NCBI GenBank assembly: GCA_028534125.1
Contig: CM052816.1
Span: 91,948,001 to 92,012,000, forward strand
Length of the DNA stretch: 64,000 bases
Reading direction: 5' to 3'
From: Lama glama
Taxonomy: Eukaryota
Shown here: positions 50,001 to 62,230 of the stretch, piece by piece
Numbering within the stretch: the stretch's first letter is position 1
Layout of the letters: each line of letters starts with the position of its first letter
The notes under the pieces: generated by a model
Seen by the model: only the letters and a program-made list of their open reading frames with translations
Told to the model about the DNA's origin: nothing
Databases searched by the model: none
Program-made: the position numbers and the translations under genes

Positions 50001-51189
50001 GCACATATACCAACTTATAGTTCCATATTCCTGTGATGGTCTATAATTTCAAGTAAATTGGAGGCTATAATAAGACTGTCTTGGTGGGAATTGCTCAAAT
50101 TTTCAGAGAAAAACGAAAGCTTTGTCTAAATAATCTTCCTCTGACTGTTATATGAATGGGTCCTTCTATGGTATTTTAAGATAAATGAGTAGCTAAATTG
50201 CAGAGAGCTCACAGACTTGGGATTCAGCAGTAGAAACTTTAATTCTGGGTAACCAGTTAGTTAGGAAATGACTTGATCTACTCAAGTAGGAATCACGAGA
50301 CTTTGGTCCAGTCTCAAATTTTCCCAAATTTTTTCATCAGTGAAATGCAAAGTTTATTCATTCATTTAACAAACATTTATTTTACACTTCCTCTATAACA
50401 GCATTGAGCTAGATGATCAAAAAGATGCAAAAGGGAAAAAATGTATGAATAAGCACACAAATTAGCCATAGAGGTAATACGAGCCACAAATAGGANNNNN
50501 NNNNNNNNNNNNNNNNNNNNNNNNNNNNNNNNNNNNNNNNNNNNNNNNNNNNNNNNNNNNNNNNNNNNNNNNNNNNNNNNNNNNNNNNNNNNNNNNNNNN
50601 NNNNNNNNNNNNNNNNNNNNNNNNNNNNNNNNNNNNNNNNNNNNNNNNNNNNNNNNNNNNNNNNNNNNNNNNNNNNNNNNNNNNNNNNNNNNNNNNNNNN
50701 NNNNNNNNNNNNNNNNNNNNNNNNNNNNNNNNNNNNNNNNNNNNNNNNNNNNNNNNNNNNNNNNNNNNNNNNNNNNNNNNNNNNNNNNNNNNNNNNNNNN
50801 NNNNNNNNNNNNNNNNNNNNNNNNNNNNNNNNNNNNNNNNNNNNNNNNNNNNNNNNNNNNNNNNNNNNNNNNNNNNNNNNNNNNNNNNNNNNNNNNNNNN
50901 NNNNNNNNNNNNNNNNNNNNNNNNNNNNNNNNNNNNNNNNNNNNNNNNNNNNNNNNNNNNNNNNNNNNNNNNNNNNNNNNNNNNNNNNNNNNNNNGGCCG
51001 TCGTGGACACTGATTTCTAGACGAAAGGGAAAAGAACAGTGAGACAACTCCGGGTTTGACCTTGAATAAGAGTTTTATTAACAGATCAGGAAACACACTA
51101 GGAATCTCACGTATGTAAAGGAAAGACAATAAATTTTGGTTTGTGAGCTTGGATTAAGAGGTACTTTAAAATTTTCTATTGACAGTACA

Positions 51190-51445
51190 GGCACTGTTAT
51201 TCCATTTACATAAAATTCTAGTAAGTGTAAACTAATCTATAGTGACAGAAAGCAGATCAGTGGTTACCTGGGGACACGATTAAAGGTGTCGGAAGGGGCC
51301 CAGTGAGGAGACTGCAGAAGGTTATCAGAAAACTTTCAAGGGTGACGGGTGTGTTCGTTATCTTGACTGTATTTCAAACACAAGTGTACAGTTTAAGTAG
51401 TTCAGTTTATTTTATATAAATTGTATCTCAGTAAAGCTTTTTCAT
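51190..51445 (+). mobile_element. Old L1 3' end fragment
   Basis: 'ttccatttacataaaattctag...aaactaatctatagtgacagaaagcagatcagtggttacctgggg'. Confidence 0.8.
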
Positions 51446-52979
51446 ATAAAGAAATACTGGATAAGAAGAGATTTATGAGAGTATCATAATCACAAAAGTA
51501 CATTTGCTGAAACAAGCATTTACAAATTAGGACAAAGAAAGAGGTGGAAAAGAGCATGAATTATTTGAGATGTTCACATCACAATAAATTACTAATTGAA
51601 TTAAAAAGAAAAGGAAGAGTATGCTTTTTACTTATGGAGAAATTCTCTCATTTGTCCTCAAACAGAAGTAACAAGCTTGGATATTAGTGATATTTATTTC
51701 TGCTAGTGAGAATTGAGGGAAAGTTATTTAAAAGTTGAAAATAAAATGATCAGAATTAAGAAAGCAGATTAAAATGAGCATGATGGCAAATTTAGAAATA
51801 TGTAAGGTCTCCGAAGAGCAACCTCGAAATAGAAAAGTCATTGCTTGATCAGAAAATAGACAGAAAAAAAAAATTAACCCCCCCTAAAACCCAGAAGTTG
51901 GCTTAAGCAAGTCAAAGATTCCTGTTCACTGTGAGTATTGACATGGCCTGGGGAAAAACCATCGCAGAACATCAAAGCAGAACAGAAAAATGGTAAGAAA
52001 AGAAGAGCAAAAAGGAAAGATCATCTACTAAATAAAATACAGCAATAATAGCAAATTAATTATTGTTATATCAAGACTAAGATAATAATAAAAAAAAAGT
52101 TTGGGGCTTGTGAATCTCTTCTTTTTATGCAAAGCCAATCTCAATATTCACTTGTTTGTTTCTATACTAAAATACTTATCGAAAGCTTTCCATGCATCAG
52201 ATAGTGTTTCATGTGCTAAGGTTACAACAGGAATAAAATAGTTTAAGAGCTTCCTCTCATGGAACTTAATGTTTATTTATTTTACTGATAAATGTTAAAT
52301 TCACTAACTACATCATGTGTCAATATGTCAAAGTAATATCTTTCTCATTTAGGCAACATTTAACATAATGATTTCTGCTTTTTCTAGTGAATGATTTCTC
52401 AGAGTAGAGATATCAATAGTAAATACAAACTATTTTTATTCTTTGGTTTAAACAAAATAGATAGAGGGGCTATCTTTTTATATACGCTTTCAGGAGACTA
52501 AAGCTCAAATACAGAAGTGCGCCCTCAAGTTAAAACACTATCATCATTTTTTATTTCCTCTCTGGTGTTCCTGTAGTTTCTATCATTATCTTGGATTTCT
52601 CTGCTTGAGAAGAGAATGGAAAATCCTTTGCCAGATGCACAGTTCAAAAGTCAGGATTGTAATATTGTTGCCTGAAGAATTCCCAACACCAGGGAATCTC
52701 CCAAAGAGTGCCAAAGCCTGTGTTTCTTCACAGCCCCTGCGGTGCTTTGCAGGCAACAGCCCGGTTGGATCTTGGGCTGCCAAAAGAAACATGAAAGTGA
52801 GAAATTATCTGCAAAAAACAACATGGCCATCCTCACTGGGACTGCCTTATCAAAAATCAGGATATCCAGCTCAGCTAAACCTTTCAGTTTTGGGGGAAAA
52901 AAAAAATCATTTTTCAGCATGGATGCTAAACGTGCCTGGTTGGAAGTTTGGCTGAACAACCAAGAAAAACAGTCTTTAT

Positions 52980-53014
<35 letters not shown>

Positions 53015-53485
53015 GCATCCTATAGCAACAAAATATGGAAACGCTCAAAGTGGTTTCCTTCTGGTATAAAATATTTCACCTCCTTATGCAAAGTTGCCCC
53101 TACGAGCGTTGGCTTTGACTTGCGTGAGAACAGCAAAGAATTGCTACCATCCTTGTGTTTGGAGGAAGTTACAATCCTTCTATCATTTTCTAGTGGGTTT
53201 ATTAAAAGTAAAATAGTATGACTTTCCTTTGCCTTCTTTCCTATCACAAACAAAAATCTCCCCTGTCCAAGTAAAAGTTTAATTGTATTTTTCATTTGGT
53301 CCAAACCACTAAAAATCCCGTAACATCCAATTATACAGGGAAACAGATTATTCTACCTTTAAATTAGAAAGAATGACTTATTTCACTCTTGATGGAGTGC
53401 ATGGCAAGTGTTGGAAATGTAAAGTAAATGTAAAGTAAAACCCTGTAAGGGTATTTTACCACCATCTCTCCCTTCACACCGCAGC

Positions 53486-53489
<4 letters not shown>

Positions 53490-53521
<32 letters not shown>
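53490..53521. repeat. (CA)16 microsatellite
   Basis: Perfect CA run. Confidence 0.95.
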
Positions 53522-53524
<3 letters not shown>

Positions 53525-55169
53525 GCTATTTTCAAGATAGCTTTAAGCTATGTCTTTGCTCCCAATGGACTTTGTATAAAAGTAAAACCTTATTTCCTGC
53601 CAAATTTAGTTTATTGATCCTTAAAATGTAAATTAATGTTTTCTTGGTGTTAAGGTTGTCAAATTAAGAAAACCCGTAGCCTCAGTATTCACGTGTGATG
53701 TGCAGAAAAGTATGGAAAGTGTTGTGATTCTTTGGCCTTATGTACAATATCTGAAAAATCACTAAAAATAAAGTCTTCCTTTATTTTTAAAGGCTAACGA
53801 TGTATCTCACCAGGAAAGTAGGTTTCAAATACTCTTAAATTCAGAGAGGTAGAAAATATAAATGAGAGCTCATCTAAAGGGAAAAAACACTGTAAGGCAG
53901 GGTTTGAAGTAAATGCAAGAAGGCCAAAGGATATTTGGTTTGTCACTTTTTATGAAGTGCTAACAAGGAAAAGAGTAAAACTGCAAAAAACCCCACTCTT
54001 TAGATGTCTTACTGCTTGAATTTTTCTGACATGAGGTTATGGAATATGAATGTTCTTGAACAAATCTTTTAATAACTAGAGCCTACATGTTGCTTTTAAA
54101 AAAATATTGATTTGTCTCCTGGAAGAGAACCTCCAAACCATAATTATCTGACTTTATTTAGCTTGGGCTAAAAGGCAAATCCTATACCTAAGAAGATGCC
54201 AGTGCCCTCCTAAATAACTCTTTGGCCAAACCAGTTTCTCTTTGCCAGAAATAAAAATGAGCACAAAAGCTATTCTAACACTGCAGCGTTCAGAAGATGT
54301 AAAACAAAGACATTTGTCAAAATCCTGTTGGGTTTTCTCACTGAGAAGCCATCTGTCTGGGGGTCTGAGACCAGTTTAGGATATAACGAATTCCCATTTT
54401 CATCCCATGTGACCCCTAGTCCTCTGAGGACGCCTGGGGAGAGTCAACAGAGCTCTTTGAATACAGCTTCATCATCTGTACTCATGGAAAATCCAGTGTC
54501 TTTATTTTAATTTCCTTTATTTATTTTAATTTGTTTTAATATTCAGTATAGCTAAAACAAAGTTTAAAGAAAGGTGAAAGATCTTCCCTCCCTTTTGTTC
54601 ACATGGTTGGTAAAAGGGGTCTAAAGTGAGGAAGTATGGAGACTCACTCAGGTTCCTAATTACTACTTCCTTCTAATCCCAGGAACTCTGACCTGCCGCC
54701 CATGACATCCAACCTGCCAGCATCAGCCACTCAGAGGCTGTGCACTCTGAGTGAAGGAATCTGATTTATTGTAGACATTTTGCAGTGGAAATTCTATAAA
54801 GCCTGAGGCTATTAGCAGCTTTATCTGTTTAAAAAAAAAAGGACTGAAAACCAGTTCATTATAAAAATGAGACAATAATAGATCTTCCTCTAAGGAAAAT
54901 GCACAAGCCAGGATTTATTTTGATAGTAGGTACGTGGCAGAAACAATTCTAAACTCTGCTCTCTCCCTAAATGATTCAGGTTTTCTTCGAGCTGTAAAAC
55001 AAGCATATCATGAAAGGATACAAGAAGAAAAATCTTCATCTCCTCCTAAAGGTGTGTTTAGATTGCATTCCTTTTACATGAAATGAACACAATTGGATGT
55101 TGTTTCCAAAAGGTATCATGAGACCTAGAATGCTTACAGACATTGTGAAATGTAAATATAAATGAAAAC

Positions 55170-56150
55170 CAGGGGAGGAAGAAGGGATGGCTAGGGAAGG
55201 ATGCAGCACAGAGGATTTTTAGGGCAATGAAATTACTCTGTAAGATACTATAATGATGCACATGTTGTAAGACATTTATCTAAGCCAGCAGAATGTACAG
55301 CAGTTGGAGTGAACCCTAATGCAAACTGTGGACTTTGGCTGACTGTAACGTATCAGTGTAAGTTCATTAACTGTAACAAATATCCCACTTTCGGGTGGGA
55401 TGTGGGGGGAGGCTGTGCTTGTGAGGGGCGGGATGATACGGGAAATCTCTGTATCTTCCTCTTTTTTATTTTTTTTGCAATTTTTTTCATTTTCATTTAA
55501 AAATCGACATTCAATTCAGCTGCTAGAAAACTTTTAAGTGTGTTTGTGTATTGTTTTAAGTGTATTTGAAACAACTTATGTGAATCTTTTTCACCTAAAA
55601 TTTTTACCTAAATACCAATCAAGTATTTCCAATTGAAATTTAGTGACCAGTTTGATGGACTGTAAGTGTAAAGTACCCATTAGATTTTAAAGACATAGGA
55701 CAAAAAAAATGTAAAATACTTTTATATTAATTACATGTTACACTGACAATATTTCAGATATATCGGGTTAAATAAAATATTTTTAAATACTCTGTATGAT
55801 ACTATATTGGTGACTATATGTGGTCACACATTTATCCAAACCCATAGAATGTACAAGACCAAGGCTGAACTGTAATATAAACTATGGACTTTGGGTGATT
55901 ATGACGTGTCAAAGCAGGTTTGTCAGTTGTACCAAATGTCTGGTGGGGGATGTTGATGATGGGGGAGGCTAAGCCTGTTGTCAGGGCAGAGGGTAAATGG
56001 GAAATCTCTGTACCATCTTAAGTTTTGTTGTGGATCTAAAGTTGCTCTTAAAAAAATAAAGGCTTAAAAGAAGGAAGGTTAAGATGATAAATTTTATATT
56101 ATGTGTATTTTATCACAATAAAATTTTCAAAAATTTTTTTAAAGAAAAAA
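55170..56150 (+). mobile_element. Two tandem L1MC-type 3' ends separated by a MER33-like hAT fragment (~55500-55785), followed by a third short L1 tail
   Basis: 'actctgta.gatactata...aaact.tggacttt...gggaaatctctgta' occurs at ~55235-55455 and ~55789-56012. Confidence 0.7.
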
Positions 56151-56986
56151 AACTATCTTGTGAATCACTCTCTGAACTTTGAACTCAACTCATTCAAAGT
56201 TGGACTTACTTTTTTTGCACCACTTTGGAAAGAATGCAGGCTGAACTTGTTTTAAGGTAGGACCATACCCCAAGAGTTTACACAAGGTGCCACAAAAAAC
56301 TATAAATGAGAGTTCCTCTTAAGACCTTATAGAACCTGTTGCCAAATTGACCAAATTTGCCCAAACCCAAAATCAGCATGAATGTCTCTGGCTACATCCA
56401 AGTTTAGCATGCAGAGAAAATCTGATGAATTTTGTCCCGTGAGCACTCCAGATGCTGACCAGATGTGTGTGCATTACAGCCCCTTGGCCTGTTTGGGGAT
56501 GTCTGGACATTTACACTGTAGTCAGTTTCTGTTTTAGTATCATTAAAAGGCAATTTGCTTAAAACAGATATTACAGAATGTGGTTATTGTCATTTGAAAA
56601 TGGGCCTGTGGTGGCATGTCATCGCTGCTTCTTTGTCTCTTCGATATTTTAATATCTGTTCCCCTTTTTAAATGAATTAACAATCTCTGATCCTTCTTTA
56701 GACCCAGCTTCCATGCAGAGCCTCCGGGAAGTCTCCCCTTGGTCGACACCATTACGCCTCTGTTGGATTTCCACTCCGCTCCACATGCTGCTGTGTTTTT
56801 CCTGTAAACCAGTCTCCTCCGCGAGAAATTTCTGCCTTGGGCAATTCATTTATTTCAGCTGAAGACTTTACTCCATACTTCATTGAAAGAACAGAGTTCT
56901 GCGAGCAGGACTCCCTGCTCCCCCCCACCTCTACGCACCACCCCACTTTTGATAACTATTTCCACCTTCCTTTCCCGCATCTAGAC

Positions 56987-57308
56987 CAGGACTCAGCACA
57001 TGATGGCCTGTGACCAAATCCGGCCTGGTTTTCTGTGACCCACCAGCTTACAATGGTTTTTACATTTTAAAATAATTGAAAAAAGAAAAAAGGTGAGTCA
57101 TATTTCATGGCATGTGAAAATTATGTGAAATTCAAATGTCAACGTTCTAAATAACGTCTGTTTGGAACAGATCACGCTCATTGGTTCTCTGATTGTCTGA
57201 GGCTCCCTCTGCTGTAACAGCGCGTCAAGAAGTTCCTGAAGAGACCACCTGGCACAGAAAGCTTGAAGTATTTACCCTCTGGCCCTTTATAAGGTTTGCC
57301 GACCCCTG
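56987..57308 (+). mobile_element. MER58B-like hAT element with 8-bp TSD
   Basis: cagg...cctg termini; TSD atctagac (56979-56986) / atctagaa (57309-57316); internal 'aattatgtgaaattcaaat'. Confidence 0.85.
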
Positions 57309-57349
57309 ATCTAGAAGAATCTTCTTTGTTCCTCCTAGCAAAACAAAGA

Positions 57350-58035
57350 GAGGTCCTCTCCTGCCTTCAAATGCCAAGCCTCTCATGCACGCCCTACCCC
57401 CGCCCCCGCCCCGTCCCAGGCATCACTCTCCAACTGACCCTTCGATCCCTCCAGCCCCTGCTCTGCCCCTTTGACAGCCACACTCCGCTGAAACCGCCCA
57501 AGTAACTTTCTCCCTGCCCTTCCACTCCATCTGTCTCGGCCTGAGTGTTCTTTTCCTTATCGTCAAATGTCAGAGTTTCTCAGGACTCTGTCCAGACTCT
57601 TTCCCCCGCTCCTCTGATTAGGTGACCTCCGTCATTGCCCAGACTTCAGTATTCACTTGCTGAAGCTTCCCGGTTTTACCTTCAGATCTTCAGCCCTGCC
57701 CTCTCCTCCAACATACAGTGTCACAAGCCCAAATGATAAGCTGGCATCTGCAATCGTCCCAGTGTCACCGCGTCCTGAACTGAGCGATGGTTCCCCCCCT
57801 AAATCTGAGCCTGTCCAGGTCCCTCTCACGTGCCCCGCGGCCTTAGCTGGATACCTGGGAGTTACTCTGGATACTTCCCGCTCAGCTGCTCTCCACAGCC
57901 AGTAAGTTCTGTCGGTTCTACTTCCAAGATCCCTCTTGACTGTTTCTTGGATATTTTAATTCAAGCTATCTCATTTCCCCTGGACTGTAACTGGCTTTCC
58001 CAGGCATCCTCGTGCAGCCCTAAAATCCAGCCAGC
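57350..58035 (+). mobile_element. L2 LINE fragment
   Basis: 'tctcaggactctgtccagactcttttcc', 'cctgggagttactctggatacttccc', 'ctatctcatttcccctggactg'. Confidence 0.65.
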
Positions 58036-58044
58036 ATAATGGAT

Positions 58045-59993
58045 AGCTCCACCACCCAACAGCGTCCTTTCACCTGTTTCGTCCAGGGGAGAAACGGAGT
58101 GCAAGAGCTGGCAGGCTGGGGGTGAGAAGTGGACCCCCTCCCTCGTGCTCCCACACCCTGTGGGAGCCCAGCCAAGCCCTCCTCCCCCTTGGGCACATGG
58201 CTGTTTCCTAGGGTGGGTGGTGGGCAGGGAGGGGAGAGAGGATCTGAGCCAGAGCCGGTGGACCACTTCCTGGGACCCAAGGGCTGGGAGTGAGATGACA
58301 AATAATGGGAGTGCAGGGAGTTGGGGGGGATCATGATAAACCCAAAGAATGTAGCAATAAAATAAAAAAAGAAACACATCACCAAAAAATGCTAAACTCA
58401 GGTGCCAGGGGGACCACCTCTGTGCAAGACTCCCTCCAGCAGTTTCTCAAGAAAAAAAAAAACAACAAAATCAGTATAGAAGGAAATGAAAAGATGCTAG
58501 GCGGCCCCCGGCCAAGCACCCAAAGCCACCCACTCCCAAAAGGCCACAAAGGTGAGCCAGCTGGAGCCTCTTGGCTAAGTATGGGCCCACCCTGTGGAGG
58601 GGCGACAATGTCAGAAAGAGAAGGCAAGGCCAAGAGGTGAGACAGCAGGGTAGGGGGGAAAGCTATCCCCGGCCGCTGCAGAATTAACTGGTGCCCAGAT
58701 TAGTGCTGGTGACGGAGGAAGGGGAAGCAGTGGGAAGGAGAAAGGATGTGGGGGAGGGGGAAGGGAGGGGCCTCAGACAAGGCCTTTCCCTGGGGTCCCT
58801 GTCACCAGGGGAACAGCTGAGCCCATCCTCTAGAATGCCTCCCTACTCCCAATCCTGGGTCCGCACCCTTCTGCCCCAGGAGGGACATTCCGGGAGAGAC
58901 GGCACCCACTATTGAGAAAGCAGCAAATGTTTCCGAGAAGCTTGTGGAAGGGAAGGTCCAGCTCTGGGGAGGGAAGAGTGGCAGTGACCTCACCTCACCC
59001 CGGCAGCCCAGAGCAGACACCATGGCTCCCAGCCCCCAGCTGCCCAGACCTCAAGCCCACAAAGCCCACCTCTGGTGGTTGGCCTGAAGGGGACAAGGGG
59101 ACGAGAGGGCGGGCCTGGCCAAGGCACTGACGGGGAACTCACTACACTGTATCTGAGGGCTGTAGCCAGAGCGCCCTTCCTGGAAAACCCCAGGGATCCA
59201 GTCTTGACTGACAACGGGGTAAAGAGGAACGTGGCCGAGGGAATGGATTTTCCCCTTTCTTTTTGCTAATAAATTGATGTGTTAGTTTCGGAAGGATGCT
59301 CTGTTCAACTGGAGCATCAGGTGGAGCCCTGACCCCTGCCTCCCTCTCCTGCATTTCCTCTTTAGGGGAAGGAGGAAGGGAGACTTCTGCCCAGGAGTGG
59401 ATGCCTGGGGAAAGACCTATCTCCCGGCTCCCACAACACGGAAGAGAAATTTGAGAAGAGATGGGGAGAGGGAAGGACCAGCGAGGGTGACACAAGGTTC
59501 ACCCAAATGGGGCCAAGTCACCTGGCCTGGCTATTCCACACACCCTTGGCAGCCTGTTACTCTTCAGCCAGTTGGTGAGTTTGGAGGAAATGTTTTTAAA
59601 GTCCAGGGAGGTGCACCTTGTCCGCTGAGAGCTCTCTTGGCGCTTCCCTTCCTTCATCATCACCTCTGCTGCCCACTACGGGAGGCCTGGGCATCTCCAC
59701 TGCGTCTTTGTTTTCAGCTTCATTTAAGATTGTGGCAGACAAACCTGAAGGTGACCTTGCAGAAGATAACCCTGGATGCCACCAGCTGTCCTCGACTGTT
59801 GCCAGAGGAAGAGGCTGAGGTCACAGCCTGGAGCAAATTCTGCCAGGTCCGCACCTGCCAGAGCTGTTTAGTATGGAAGATGCTGCCACTGAACTCGCCC
59901 AGAAGGAAACTGCTTCAGCTGAGACTCCATGACTGGTGTGTTGCTGAGGGTGGGAACGGGGGTGGGAGGAGAAAGGCTTGCTTGGAGGCCATA
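58045..59993 (-). pseudogene. MARK2: Processed pseudogene of MARK2 (Par-1b kinase): C-terminal coding exons (59557-59993) plus 3'UTR (~58045-59556); no kinase domain
   Basis: Minus-strand translation gives SIFHTKQLWQVRTWQNL, SGNSRGQLVASRVIFCKVTFRFVCHNL, EAENKDAVEMPRPPVVGSRG and TSLDFKNISSKLTNWLK, against recalled MARK2 [64 protein letters not shown] and TSMAFKNIASKIANELKL*; followed by 'taacaggctgcca' and GC-rich UTR-like sequence; no introns; stops and frameshifts present. Confidence 0.9.
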
Positions 59994-60827
59994 AAAGAAC
60001 TAAGAATAAAGACAAAAATTAAAGGGAGAAAGAGTAAAGCAATAAGGAAGAAATAATTAAATTTTTTTAAAAAGACAAAACACCTACAATGTCAATATAG
60101 TGTATTGGAAGGAAGAAACAAGCAAACTTTGGTCAGATCCTTAGGGCAGGTGACAACCAACATCCTGAGTTAGAAGGATGCAGACCAAGGCAGCACGCCC
60201 CTTCTTGAAGTCCGGACAGGGATCGACTTCTTATGACTCATTATCAAAAAATCAGCCAAGTGGAACTTGGGGACAGTCAACCCACGCTTTATTTACAGCT
60301 GTGGTTTCCTCTTACTGTTTGACCTCAACGGCATTTTATACTCAAAAATTATTGAGGACTTCAAAGAGTTTTGTGGTTCTTTGGTTTGTTGTCTATTTTA
60401 CACAATTGTTATCTACATTTATCTTATAAAAATAAAACCTGTAGGATTCTTCAATGGCTGTTTTTTTTTTTAAATTTCTAATTTGAGAAGCTGCAACAAT
60501 TTTTGGCTTTTAAAGAGCTTGTCATGTCTACACTTAAAATATTCAGTTACTTTTTCTTGAAACTCAAAATGACTGGTTTCCAAATTATGCTGCAACTTAA
60601 CAAGTATCATAACAATATACAAACGTGGTTGCACCAGACTCAATACAGCACGTTATTAATGTCTATAAAGCCGAAGGGAAGATAGCTTTTGGCATATTTT
60701 CATGTCTTACTTGCAGCTTGGCCCAGTTTCTTTGGAGTGGATTCCGCCCTTCCATGAGTCAGAGAACTCACTGATATGTCAGTTAAACCTGGAGGTTGCA
60801 GCTGTGAGCTGAGAAAAAAAAGGTCTT

Positions 60828-60831
<4 letters not shown>

Positions 60832-60858
<27 letters not shown>
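60832..60858. repeat. (TC)n microsatellite
   Basis: tctctctctctctctctctctctctct. Confidence 0.95.
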
Positions 60859-60864
<6 letters not shown>

Positions 60865-61309
60865 CTTTCAGCCAGCAACCTGTCAAACAAAAAACAAATT
60901 TGGATTTAGGTAAGGAGGGACTATAAAAAAAAATGTTTGCAATACGGGGAGGGGGCTGTTGCAATACCATATAATCTCGAAACATCTCAAAGTTCAGGCA
61001 GCAAGGGATTGTCTTTTGTAGGGAGGACTAACCAACATTAAAAAGAACTGGGTGTGAGGAGGTAGGATGAATTCATAGGGTGGTGGGACTCTTGCGTCAT
61101 TAATGTCTGCCTTTGTGGCCAGCTGCTTCTCAGGGGGTCCTCTATGTTCCACTGCTTCCTCAACCTCTGTGCAAGTCAAAAAGATGGCCCACAAAACCTA
61201 ATGTAATTACCATCTGGCTCTTCACAGGAAAAAGTTTGGGGACCCCTGTTCTAGAAAATACTGGATACACTGATTGTTTTCCAATGAGAAAGCTAAGGAA
61301 ACAAAATTT

Positions 61310-61425
61310 ACCAGAATATAAGCTTTATGATGGTAAGGACTGTTGTCAGTGTTGTACACTGTTTACGGGAATACTGTATAGTAGGTGCTCAATAAATGTT
61401 TGTTGAATGAGTGAACGAATGTACA
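61310..61425 (+). mobile_element. L2 3' end
   Basis: 'tagtaggtgctcaataaatgtttgttgaatgagtgaacgaatg'. Confidence 0.85.
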
Positions 61426-62045
61426 ATAAAGCAATTTTTAAATGTAAAAATTCAGTCTATTTCATCTCTGTTTTAGCTGTGTAGAAAAAAGTGCTAATGA
61501 ATTACTTCATTCAGCATTCTATGTCTCAAGCAAGGAAGGTTTTATTTGACTTTTGGCAACATAGAGGTACAGCTAGAAGTTATACCAAAGGGAAGAAATT
61601 TTGTACATAACGAATCCAAGTAAGAACATGAACAAGAGCAAACGATGGATTCGAAAGTGAAACACTGCTCTGTCCTACACAGAAAAGGGATGAAGACTAA
61701 CTGGATACCTGAAGTCTAAGACGTTGCAGTGCTGCCATTTGGGGATAGCACCAAGAATTGGCTGACAAAGAAAGACAAATGACGCATTTGCCACTGACCC
61801 TGTAGAATTAGTAGCTGAATATCACAGGTCTGAAGCAAACTGGTACAGAGCACGTATTGCCGTACAGCAACTCTGTCATCTTTTTTCTGGACTTCTTTAG
61901 TCTCAGTTTTCTCCACCCCCAAGTGAGCCTACGCCAAAACGGAGAAAACATTCCACCGGCTATTGTGCCGTTGTTCAGCGAAATGCCGCTTTCATCTGGT
62001 CTGTGCTGTTTGGTATTTATTTTTAAGCATGAATAAGCATCTTAC

Positions 62046-62230
62046 TTGCTCTGATGACTGCTGAGCAGCTGCCGGTAGTGTCCCACACACAGTGACTCTG
62101 ACAACACCCTTGCTCAATAGGACCCAGCCGAGGGCATGGGAAAATCGGACCGGTTTGTCTGAGGAAGCACGAAATACCCAATCCGAGCGAACCTCTATTT
62201 ATAATACAGCCCAGTCCGCTAATCCCTCAA
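62046..62230 (-). promoter_or_regulatory. Candidate TATA promoter and non-coding first exon
   Basis: Minus-strand TATAAATAG (62195-62203; also a MEF2-like CTATTTATAA), TAATCC site at 62220-62225, locally retained CpGs, strong donor CAA|GTAAGA at 62046/62045. Confidence 0.4.

Noticed and set aside
50377..51129. Three long minus-strand ORFs of 182-250 aa
   Set aside because: Artefacts of translating through the 500-N assembly gap.
59397..60056. 219-aa plus-strand ORF, the longest gap-free ORF in the track
   Set aside because: It is antisense to the MARK2 pseudogene, starts at a non-ATG codon and resembles no protein I know; most likely a shadow ORF.
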